Source: Amoebidium appalachense
Taxonomy: Eukaryota; Protista; Ichthyosporea
Reading direction: 5' to 3'
Assembly (NCBI GenBank): GCA_963693365.1
Contig: CAVNZM010000009.1
Span: 10,234,243-10,298,242 of the forward strand
Length of the DNA stretch: 64,000 nt
Shown: positions 1-10,253 of the stretch, one piece after another
How the letters are laid out: each line of letters begins with the position of its first letter
Numbering within the stretch: position 1 is the first letter of the stretch
Notes under the pieces: generated by a model
Databases searched by the model: none
What the model was told of the DNA's origin: nothing
What the model saw: the letters and a program-made list of their open reading frames with translations, nothing else
Made by a program: the position numbers and the translations under genes

Positions 1-91
1 TGCCGGCCTTGGTACCGGTGCCTGCAGGAGCTGAAGGCCCAATAGCGTACTAGAAGTTATCACAGGCCCAGGCTTCAGAGCTTCACGTGCA

Positions 92-1497
92 CGGAAGATT
101 GATCGCGGCGATCATTCGATTCGAATAACGGCCGACCCGTCATCCGACCCGGAATCTGCAACCGATTCCTTTTACGGCACCCTGTTTAAACTTAACCCGA
201 CATGTATGGCCACGGACCTGGGGCAGGCGCCCCCTCCTGTTTTTGTTCCACCCTCCGACACACCACCACCACCACACACGGCGTGGCCAGCGGGGCCGGC
301 TGAGTTTGGGGCGGAATTGGAGGAACTTTTTACCCCAGATGCGGTATGGCAGTTAGTCTCCCGTTACCCGTCCCGCAAAGCGTGCGGGCCGGACGGCATC
401 CCTATGGCACTACTTAAGGTACTCATCCCACCCCGACCCGAGAAAGACGAAAAGCGTGGCCCGCCGCCACCACTTACATGTATTCTTAGCGAGTTGTTTA
501 GCTGGTATTCTGATGTCGGTAAAGTGCCCTCGGAGTGGCTAGCCACCTTAGTGTTTCCCATCAAGAAAACGGTTGCACAGGGTCCCATCCACGAATTTCG
601 CCCTATCACCCTTACGTCCGTTTTTCGCCGATTATTCGAAAGTGGCCTTTTACAGGCCTTTTCCCATAACCCCACCCTTAAGCAGGCTTCCCAGCTGAGC
701 CCTCTTCAGGCGGCGTTTCGGCATCGACACTCATGTTACGCACAAATCCTCACTCTACATAATGCAACTCAAAGTGATACCGAGCACCTCGTATTTATCG
801 ATTTTAAGAACGCGTACGACACGGTCGACCTCCCTCGCCTGTGGGCCAAGTTAGCCACTCGCGGTGTCCCATTCCAAATGGGTTGGCTACTGGAAGCTAT
901 GTTTACGTTTACACGCGGACGAGCGGTGGTTAATGGGCGGCTATCCCCAGGGTTTACCCGCACGCGCGGGGTACTTCAAGGGTCCCTGCTAAGTCCTCTT
1001 CTTTTCAACCTGTATATTGATGATTTAGCCGACACTCTTTCTGCGGCACAAATTGACGGGGGGTTGCCATCCCAGGCTCCTCCCGCCCTCTTTTTTGCCG
1101 ACGATATTGTGCTTATGTCATCCGATCCTCTCGAACTACGGCAATACATTCGCGTGGTTGACCATTGGTGCCAGCGCAACGATATGCAGATTAATGTCAA
1201 AAAGTGTGCCCTTTTATCAAAATCGATACCGGCATGGGACGACGTTTGTATTTTCGGCAGTCCCCTCCCTCGCCCAATCGAATACAAGTATTTGGGGATT
1301 CCGGTGGACGAATGGGGCATATGTTTCAAACGGATGATCGACCGTCGGGTGGAGAGTGCAGGCAGGTGTCTTCGGTTATTTCGGGATGTGTATCTTGCTA
1401 CTCTTTCTCATACTGTCCACCTATACAATCGTCTTAGTATATTTCGCACATATATTCGCCCTTTGTCGGAATACGGGTTGCCCTTACTAGCTATGGC
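92..1497 (+). CDS. Non-LTR reverse transcriptase, N-terminal part (interrupted by Copia)
   Basis: LINE RT motifs KACGPDGI, FRPITL, FIDFKNAYD, GVLQGSLLSPLLFNLYID, FADD, YKYLG. Residues after 1497 in the listed 206..1603 ORF come from the Copia LTR. Confidence 0.92.
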
Positions 1498-2254
1498 TGT
1501 TGTTTTGTACGGGTCTAAGGGAGCAGAGTGCACAGAGGTGTCATGTAAAACACGACTTAACGCATTAATGAGAGGGCAATCGGAGTTGTTCACGAGACAT
1601 TGAAAGATTTCAAACAACAACTGGATCTTTATTGTGCTCTCGGTTCCTTTTGTACTTGCGACTTATCACCTTATCACAACTAAAGAGGGAGAACCAATCG
1701 GTTCTATCAGAAGATAGAAAAACACATTCCGACAGAGCATACGCATTCCAACTTCCGATTAAACTAAAGTGTAGAAACTCTTACTTAAATAAATTAAGTA
1801 ATTATACATCTAGTCACTATTAACTCACATATATATTTATGTTCGTCTCTATAAAGAAACTTATTTAAATACATATATTTCCTAACAGTCGACACTCTCA
1901 AAGTGAAGACACTTTGTAATAAACCGAATTCCATATATATCTATTGTCCAATCACAACACACATATATTAACAGACAGGAATGCACAACACAATCTACAG
2001 ATGTACTCGCTCGCGACTATTGGCGAGCCATCCTTTTGAGAACAAAACTAGGCCATTTTGAAATAAAGGAAAGACAACGAGTGAGGCTAGCCAATCACGC
2101 TACCTCTCAGATAAACAGAGGAGAGCAAACAGAAATAAAAACACAATAAGTTTTTTTTTTTATCAGGCAAGAGGGCCAGGTGTGCACAGATCTATCGATA
2201 TCTGTGCCCACAGAAACAAGGGAGAGAGAGAGAGGGGGGGGGGGGGGGGGGGGG

Positions 2255-2340
<86 letters not shown>

Positions 2341-2432
2341 ACAAAGGAGGAAAGCAGACACGAATACAAACAAGCTAGGACACATACATACTTCAAGGCT
2401 CTTGCTGTCATACATGGTGACGTATTCCAACA
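1498..2432 (-). repeat. Copia 3' LTR (935 bp), containing a G-run plus (GA)n microsatellite
   Basis: TGTTG...CAACA ends; direct repeat of 7704-8627. Confidence 0.95.
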
Positions 2433-3150
2433 TCCCCACTCAAGGGGTTGAAGTTTGTGTTCTCGTGTCTGTTGATGTGACGGTAGATGAGGTCCAAACA
2501 CAGGAGGGGCCGTCACACTCAAGTGTCCCCACTCGAGGATGCAAACCGAAGATCCTTGAGGTGGGAAAGAGAGTATCAAAACTGAAGAGGCACACAACGA
2601 CGGTTGCCTCTGAAGACTCGAAATAAGAAATCATGGTGGTTATCGGTGATATATATATATATATAGGAAACACTAGTGTATGTGTGACGTGTTGGTGGCT
2701 AATGGTTTATACTGGGGACCACCCAGGTAAACACAAGGCATGAACATCTTGTGGACTGATTTATAGACTGGTGGTCAACCAGTTAAGACACGGGGAAGGT
2801 GCATCCCGTGGACTAGGTTTAGACTGGCAGTCAACCAGCACGCCATGGCTATAGATAATTATTTATACTGGGACGCCATCCCAGTTCGACATATATATAA
2901 GTCGAATATAGAAGAAAACCAATATATATGGTGGGATATGAATATAAATAAACGACGGATGGGGGAGAATAATCCCCACTGAAGATGCACACATATGACG
3001 ATGTAAGACTGAGTCCCCACTGATGAAGAGAAACGATGAGGAGTAGTAGACTTTCGTTGGGAGGCATCTTGATCACCGTAGGTGTGTCAACTGCTGTCCA
3101 GGGCCCCAACCTACTCAGAAACCACTCGATGATGAACACCAGTGCACGGG

Positions 3151-6100
3151 TCAGTCACGGAGACTGAGGTTGGCACGGTGTGTGTCGTGGGCCGGACCAG
3201 CCAGAGGCTTGGTGAAGATGTCGGCCAGGTTCTTCTTGGTGTCGATGTAGGTGACAGTGACGTCCCCACTGTTGATGTAGTCCTTGGTGTTGAAGTAACG
3301 AACGGCAATGTGCTTGGTCCGGTGCTTGATGGTGTTGGAGTGGACCAGAGCAATGGTGGACTGATTGTCACAGTACACGGGGGTGGGCTCGGTCATGGGG
3401 TAGCCCAGCTCCTTGAGTAGATCACGGTGCCAGACAACATCTTGCACGGCAGCATTGAGGGCCAGGAGCTCGGCCTCACAGGTGGAAGTTGCAGTGATCG
3501 TCTGCAGCTTGGAGTGGTAGGTGACGGGGGAGCCTTCGAGGAGGATGACGTACCCAGACGTGGAACGACGGGTGGTGGGGCAACCAGCAAAGTCAGAATC
3601 CGAGTAGCACTCAAGGATGGGCACCTTGCTGTTGGGGGCCTTCTTCTTGTAGTAGAGGCCGAGGTTGATGGTGCCGAGCAGGTAACGAACGACACGGAGG
3701 AGAAGCTCCCAGGCAGTCTTGGTGGGCTTGGAGCTGAATCGGCCGAGGTAGCCAATGGCATACGAGATGTCAGGCCGGGAGCACCGAGCAACCCACAGCA
3801 GACGGCCGAGGAGTTCACGGTAGGGGACGGTGGTGGGCAGGGATGAAAGGGAGGTCTCGTTGATGATGGTGCCCACGGGAATAGGGGTTGCCTTAGGCTT
3901 GGCATCGACCAGGTTGAAGTCGGTGATGATGTCCTTGATGTAGGAAGACTGCAGCAGCTTGAGGGAGTCACGGGTGTACAGCAGTTGGGTGCCGAGGAAG
4001 ATGTCTGGCAGACCGACCTTGCACTCGGCAGACTTCGTGATGTGACGAACAAGCCCCTGCATGATGGTGGAGTTCCGTGTGCAGGTGATGATGGCATCAT
4101 CAACGTAGTTGCCCGAACGGATGATGTGCCCGTTGGGGAACTGACGGAAGTAGACACACGGATCGGAACGGAGACGGGTGAGGCCGTGGGCAATGAGAAT
4201 GGAGTTGAAGAACTCGTACCATGCCAGGGATGCCTGCTTGAGTCCGTAGAGGGCCTTCTTGAGTTTCCAGACTTTGTGTTCATTGCCAGGGAGGATAAAA
4301 CCAGGAGGTTGCTCCATGTACAAAGTCTCATCGAGGGGGCTGTTGAGGAAGGCCGTGCTGATGTCGAGTTGATGGATCTCGTGGTCCTGTTGCACACCGA
4401 GGGCAAGCAGGGCACGGACGGAGGAGGACATGACGACGGGGGAAGAGTTTTCACCGTAGTCAACACCGTAGACTTGGGTGAAACCCTTGGCCACACCACG
4501 ACCCTTGATCTTGGTGTCACCAGCAGAGTTGAGGACCTTCTCCGTGACAATCCACTTGAATCGGATGATGTTGGCATCGGAGGGGGGCTCAACTACGTCG
4601 AAGATGTCCTTGTCGATGAAAGCCTTGTACTCGGCAGTGAGGGCAGTCACCACTTCATCACCCTTGGTGCCAGAGCACAGCTTCTGAATTGACCGGGGCA
4701 GCTGAGACACATCAAGGCTGGGTCGGGAGATGCTCACCATAGCCATAGCAGGCCGGGAGGAGAGACGGGAGGAACGACGGGGAACGGTACGGAGTGGCTC
4801 AGGGGCCGGGGGGTTGTCTGTGACAGACACTCGGTGGTCGGGGATGGGGGCCTGGAAGCCAGGGATGGGTGCCGTGTTGAGGGGGGAGTTGGATAACACG
4901 GGGCTGGACGGGGCCGAGTGGAACTCCGGAGACCCAGGACGAACCGGGGTGAGATGACCAGGTACGTGGTCATTGACGGCAGGAGCCGGCAGCAGGGGTT
5001 GCTGGCCGGTGGGGGGGGGGGGTGGGTGGAGCCACGGGGGCAGGTACATGACGGGGGGAACGACGGATAATCACCGACGGAATTTCATCGTCATCGGAAT
5101 TGGAATTTCCGGAATGCAGGGATGAATCGATTGGGGTCGTCTGATTGGTGGCCTGCACAGAAATCTGATTGGATGCCGTGGTGAATTGTGATTCGTCGAA
5201 GACGACATCGCGGTAGAGGTTGACCGTGTTGCCACGTAGATTCATGATCTTGTGGGCTTTGTTGGTGATATCCCAGCCCACGTAGGTGCCGAGTTTGACG
5301 GTAGAGGCCAACTTGTCTCGTTTGGATGCAGGGACGTGTACATAGGCTGGGCAGCCAAACACGTGCAGGTGGGAGATGTCAGGCTTGACACCGTAGAAAA
5401 TTTCAAACGGTGTACGGCCATTGGCAGCTCTGGCCGGGGTCACGTTGATGATGTAGGCAGCATGCTTGAGAGCAGCTCCCCACAGTTTGGGGGAAAGGGA
5501 GTCGGCCTTGTCCTGATGAAGGAAGCACCGAACGATCTCCTGCAGATCCCTCATCTTACGTTCAACGAAGCCGTTGAGTTGGGGGCAGTCAACCGGGGCA
5601 AATTCCTGAATGATGCCCTTGGACTGGCAGTACTGCTCCATAGCGTGGGAGGTGAACTCGGACCCAGAGTCTGAACGGAAGTGGGTCACCACCTTGTCGG
5701 GTTGCTTGTCAGTAGTCTCAACCAGGGCCTTGACGTATTCGAGAGTTTCGGATCGATCACGGAGGAGGGACACGATGGTGTAGCCGGAGGCATCACAGGT
5801 ACACACGAGGGCCACCTTGTAGCCACCATAGGAGGCACAGGGAGGCTCGAAGAAGTCCATGTGCCACTTGGCACCGGGGAAGGGGCACTGGGTTCTGGTG
5901 CCGGAGAATGGGGCCTTGGTGGTCTTGCCGGAGACACAACCGAAGCAGTCAGTGGTGTCAGCCACTGAGAGGGATGAGGGGAGGCCTGTCACGAGGTCAC
6001 CTCTCACCATCTTGGTGAGGGTGGACAGGGCACGATGACCGAGACGGTGGTGCCAGAGCTGAGGATCATTGTTGACCTTGACGTTGGCTACCAGAGCAGT

Positions 6101-6808
6101 GACGGTCCGAGGGATGGAGGGACGTATCTCATAGTCAGTGATGAAGTACAGTCCATCTGTGCCTGTGAGGGAACACACGATGTTGCCACCACGAGTGTAG
6201 AGGTATGATGGGAATGCATCCTCATCATCGAGGTGGGCAAGGAGACCCGACTTGGAAGCCATTGAGGGTGATATCAGGAAGGCTGGGGAGTCGGGTACAT
6301 AGAGGGTGTTGAGGCTCAGTACTGATGTTACTCCGTTGTAGGTGACGGCCAGGTTGATGACACCACGGTGATGTGCAGTGACGATGCCGAGGCCGTGGAC
6401 GTCAGTCGGGGGGCAGGGCTCAAGAGTAGAGAAGTACTCCTTTACTGGACACACGTGGACGTTTGAAGCCGAGTCCCAGCAGGGGTCCATGGGTAGGGAG
6501 GCCGTGGTGGACACGAGGGCAAAATGCACCTCTTTTCCAGACTTGGTGTTGGCACGGTGACGACGGGCAATTGAGCAGCCAGGTTTGTCACACTGTGTGA
6601 CATGATGGTCTTCGTGACAGTAGGCACAGTCGAGGGAGCCAGTGGTCTTGGCTCGGGCCGGTAGGCTGGGAATGACGGTTACCCCCTTTACGTGGGGGGT
6701 AGGGTGACCGGGAACGATAGCCGGGGGAACGGGACCGTGAGTAATCACGGTCAACTGAGGGGGGATCGATCGGTGGGACGACCGCGGGGGTGACGGGAGA
6801 CGGAGCTG
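3151..6808 (-). CDS. Copia zinc knuckle-protease-integrase-RT-RNase H polyprotein, with a frameshift near the G12 run at ~5011-5022
   Basis: CAYCHEDHHVTQC knuckle, WDSASNVH protease, LWHHRLGH, RSDSGSEF/PQLNGFVER integrase, QLDISTAFL/LYGLKQA/YVDD RT, YSDSDFAG/KHIAVRY/ADIFTKPL RNase H. Confidence 0.95.
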
Positions 6809-7585
6809 TTACGTCGGGGGATCCGGTGTCTGAGGTCGACGGTCGTCCTTGGTGAGGACACGGCTTTGTAGGGCACGTGCTGTTCGGACGGTGGAGGAGG
6901 ACCCGGACCCTGAGTCGATGAGACCTTCACGGATCTCTGCAGCTCTGATGTCACTGATTAGACGGTTGTAGGTCTCGTAGTTAATGGTACGACGGAAGTA
7001 GTCGGCAATCATGGCCTGGATGTCGGTACAAACTAACTTAAGGTTCTTCTTGAGGTGGATGAAGAAGTTATCAACCATAGTCTTATGAGGAATGGGCTCT
7101 TCGAGGATGTGCAGGGTAGTGCACAGACGGCGTGCCATGGTGAGGTAGGCCGTGACGGTCTTGAAGTCTTTGAGTTCAAGCTCATGGTAGTCGAGGAGGA
7201 TTTGACGAGCACGATCTTCACGTTCAGCCGCATAGGTCATACGGAGGTTGTGGAAAGCTTGGGCAGGTGACACATCATCGTGGATTTGACCAGAGTTATA
7301 CATCTCATCATTGGAGACGAGTTGAGTAAACATCTGTTCAAGGAGGTTGGAAGCCTCGGTGTAGGCCTCCTCAGTGTCATAGCCGTGCCACTCATCCTCG
7401 TCGGAAGGGTCGACCCACTCGGGGGCCTTGATGACGGGCACTAACTTGGCCGCGGTGGTGGTACGTAGGTACCGGAAGATGACGGGTTCCCACTCATAAT
7501 AGGTGAGACGTTTGCCGGACTTCTTGTCCGTGGTGTCATCCCCTTTCCAGGGGGTGAGGTTGAGATACGCAGGTTTCTCCGACAT
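6809..7585 (-). CDS. Copia Gag (capsid part)
   Basis: First ORF after the PBS (ATG at 7585), helical gag-like sequence. Ends at TAA in the same frame as pol. Confidence 0.8.
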   Translation of the reverse strand: MSEKPAYLNLTPWKGDDTTDKKSGKRLTYYEWEPVIFRYLRTTTAAKLVPVIKAPEWVDPSDEDEWHGYDTEEAYTEASNLLEQMFTQLVSNDEMYNSGQIHDDVSPAQAFHNLRMTYAAEREDRARQILLDYHELELKDFKTVTAYLTMARRLCTTLHILEEPIPHKTMVDNFFIHLKKNLKLVCTDIQAMIADYFRRTINYETYNRLISDIRAAEIREGLIDSGSGSSSTVRTARALQSRVLTKDDRRPQTPDPPT

Positions 7586-7690
7586 GGTGATCAATCAGTC
7601 AGATGATGCGTGAGAGAGGAATCAGATCGGTATTCAAATTTGAATATTTTGGATTGCAGCGAGAGTATGTGTTGCGAGAGCGTGCGAAAA

Positions 7691-7703
7691 TGGGCCTTTA
7701 ACC
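7691..7703 (-). promoter_or_regulatory. Copia primer-binding site, half-tRNA(iMet)-like
   Basis: GGTTAAAGGCCCA directly after the 5' LTR; 11/13 match to the copia-type internal-iMet PBS GGTTATGGGCCCA. Confidence 0.65.
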
Positions 7704-8459
7704 TGTTGTTTTGTACGGGTCTAAGGGAGCAGAGTGCACAGAGGTGTCATGTAAAACACGACTTAACACATTAATGAGAGGGCAATCGGAGTTGTTCACG
7801 AGACATTGAAAGATTTCAAACAACAACTGGATCTTTATTGTGCTCTCGGTTCCTTTTGTACTTGCGACTTATCACCTTATCACAACTAAAGAGGGAGAAC
7901 CAATCGGTTCTATCAGAAGATAGAAAAACACATTCCGACAGAGCATACGCATTCCAACTTCCGATTAAACTAAAGTGTAGAAACTCTTACTTAAATAAAT
8001 TAAGTAATTATACATCTAGTCACTATTAACTCACATATATATTTATGTTCGTCTCTATAAAGAAACTTATTTAAATACATATATTTCCTAACAGTCGACA
8101 CTCTCAAAGTGAAGACACTTTGTAATAAACCGAATTCCATATATATCTATTGTCCAATCACAACACACATATATTAACAGACAGGAATGCACAACACAAT
8201 CTACAGATGTACTCGCTCACGACTATTGGCGAGCCATCCTTTTGAGAACAAAACTAGGCCATTTTGAAATAAAGGAAAGACAACGAGTGAGGCTAGCCAA
8301 TCACGCTACCTCTCAGATAAACAGAGGAGAGCAAACAGAAATAAAAACACAATAAGTTTTTTTTTTTATCAGGCAAGAGGGCCAGGTGTGCACAGATCTA
8401 TCGATATCTGTGCCCACAGAAACAAGGGAGAGAGAGATACGGGGGGGGGGGGGGGGGGG

Positions 8460-8535
<76 letters not shown>

Positions 8536-8627
8536 ACAAAGGAGGAAAGCAGACACGAATACAAACAAGCTAGGACACATACATACTTCAAGGCTCTTGC
8601 TGTCATACATGGTGACGTATTCCAACA
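7704..8627 (-). repeat. Copia 5' LTR (924 bp)
   Basis: Direct repeat of 1498-2432; differs at two CG/CA sites and in the microsatellite. Confidence 0.95.
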
Positions 8628-9455
8628 ATGGCACCCCCTGATACTGTTACTAATGTCCTCAAATCATTAGATGATTTCCATTACACAACTTGTATGTTTC
8701 TCACTGGTCTTTCCACACCTATACCTAGACGCCTTTTTGATTCTCTCTACGCACTCACACCACCATCACAACGTGTACACGAATTAGCCCTTAAATTTCA
8801 CGAGCACATCACCCGCCTGTCCGCTTGTGCCCCGGACCACCCGCTCTTCCGGCTACACGCATCCCCGCCGGATTCGCCCCTGTACCTCTTCCCTTCCCCA
8901 TCGTCTCTGCCCATTGCCGAGCGCTATGTGGAATGGCTGGCGACCCCCCCGGAGGTACGGCTAGATCATAGTGTGAATATGAATAGTTTCAAGTCTATGG
9001 CTGATAGATATCTTTTTACTCTACGTGTTGAGTCCCTTCCGGTGTTAGGACCGCACAAACACCAACTACTAGTAGCCTATATGGCGGATACGGTTAGAGA
9101 GTCTCGTTCATACATAGATTCGTTTATTGGTAATGTGGTGTGGTGTAAAAACGCAAAGATGATTATGGCTTGGCGGTGTAATCGGTTTCTGGTGTCTCCT
9201 GCTCGTATGTGTAATATGTGTGGGGGGCGGTTTACTCGCGGCTGCATATCTATCAATAAATGCAACCTGTTAGCTAATGTATTAGAACCGGAGGTTATTG
9301 GCGGTTTTATTCTCTTTTCTTCATCTCTTCCTCAATATATCCGTTTTAAGATGACTATCCTAGATCACCTTATTTATGCTGCACAGTATGATATTGTGAT
9401 CCGGTGCCTTAACTTTCTGTCAGAGCTACCGATGCTAGCATCTGCTTACCCATAA
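8628..9455 (+). CDS. C-terminal part of the same non-LTR ORF with Cys-rich zinc-finger-like motif
   Basis: Removing the Copia and one ATGGC joins ...LPLLAMA to PPDTVTNV... in frame. Contains WRCNRF...CNMCGGRFTRGC...C...TILDHL. Confidence 0.82.
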   Translation: MAPPDTVTNVLKSLDDFHYTTCMFLTGLSTPIPRRLFDSLYALTPPSQRVHELALKFHEHITRLSACAPDHPLFRLHASPPDSPLYLFPSPSSLPIAERYVEWLATPPEVRLDHSVNMNSFKSMADRYLFTLRVESLPVLGPHKHQLLVAYMADTVRESRSYIDSFIGNVVWCKNAKMIMAWRCNRFLVSPARMCNMCGGRFTRGCISINKCNLLANVLEPEVIGGFILFSSSLPQYIRFKMTILDHLIYAAQYDIVIRCLNFLSELPMLASAYP

Positions 9456-9575
9456 TATGTAATAGGGGTGTCAGATACTACGATGGCGCTCATTGTTGCC
9501 TAGCATGTACATATGTCACTGGCTGCATTTGATTGGCTGTGCTGGAAAACGCAGTAGGCCGTCGAATGTGGCTGG

Positions 9576-10187
9576 TGTGGTATATTATACCGGATATCTA
9601 GTATGGATGTACACAGGTTGAGATATACGCACACGTGTACATGTATATATACCACTGTGTTTGATCTTAGGTAGGCCAGTATGCATGTCCCTCCCAGTCT
9701 TGTGCGCATGAGCATGGAGTTAAACATATGTGCACGTGCAACTTGCAGGATTATTCATGGGAAAACAGATATAATAGCCACATGGGACCGACACGTAGCA
9801 GAGGAACCATGAGCGTTAAGTTATAGTTTTATCATGGGAAAATATGCAAGTAGCCGCGTGAGGTATGACTGTGGAATGCATCGATAATCAAGTACTGTCA
9901 CCCGATTGGCTCAATAGGTTTATTGGAACCGTGATAGCCATGGGACAGAACCGTGAACCGTATGTGATTGGCTCTCGTAGCCAAAAAGCACATACCGATG
10001 CGCATGTCTGAGCCGCTGTGCGAGCTCCGTTATAAGGGCATGTCGGGGGCTTCAGAGCTCACTGAGTGTGCTCGGCTTACTAGGTGTAAGTAGGACTAGC
10101 ACGTAACTAAGCAAAGCGTGGTCTAGTCAACCCCGTTCATTTATAAACATATTGTTTGTCACAGACACCCGATCATATTATACAACA
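9576..10187 (+). repeat. Gypsy 5' LTR
   Basis: Matches 16692-17064 plus 20519-20757; TATAA at ~10031. Confidence 0.95.
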
Positions 10188-10203
10188 GCTGAGCTACACC
10201 CCC
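10188..10203 (+). promoter_or_regulatory. Non-canonical Gypsy primer-binding site
   Basis: GCTGAGCTACACCCCC directly follows the 5' LTR and has no TGG start. Its reverse complement resembles the 5' end of tRNA-Ala. Confidence 0.55.
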
Positions 10204-10253
10204 TGCAGCGCTGTTCTTGTGCAGTGCAAGTGTGCTCGTATCAAGCAAGTACT

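Larger units (their letters stand above)
1498..8627 (-). mobile_element. Full-length Ty1/Copia LTR retrotransposon
   Basis: Two near-identical TG...CA LTRs, 5-bp TSD ATGGC (1493-1497 and 8628-8632), domain order gag-PR-IN-RT-RH, PPT-like GAGTGGGGA next to the 3' LTR. Confidence 0.97.

Noticed and set aside
2107-2626. ORFs of poly-ER/LS/G, and the many HT/CV/P/G-repeat ORFs between 26 and 56 kb
   Set aside because: They are translations of (GA)n, (CA)n and homopolymer tracts, with no coding complexity.
2849-3139. env-like ORF downstream of Copia pol
   Set aside because: Short, no ATG-supported long frame and no convincing signal/TM architecture.
3393-4692. Long alternative-frame and antisense ORFs over Copia pol
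   Set aside because: Shadow ORFs caused by the GC-biased codon usage of the real pol frame.
5005-5030. Programmed frameshift between Copia integrase and RT
   Set aside because: The frame change coincides with a G12 homopolymer; slippage or sequencing error is more likely.
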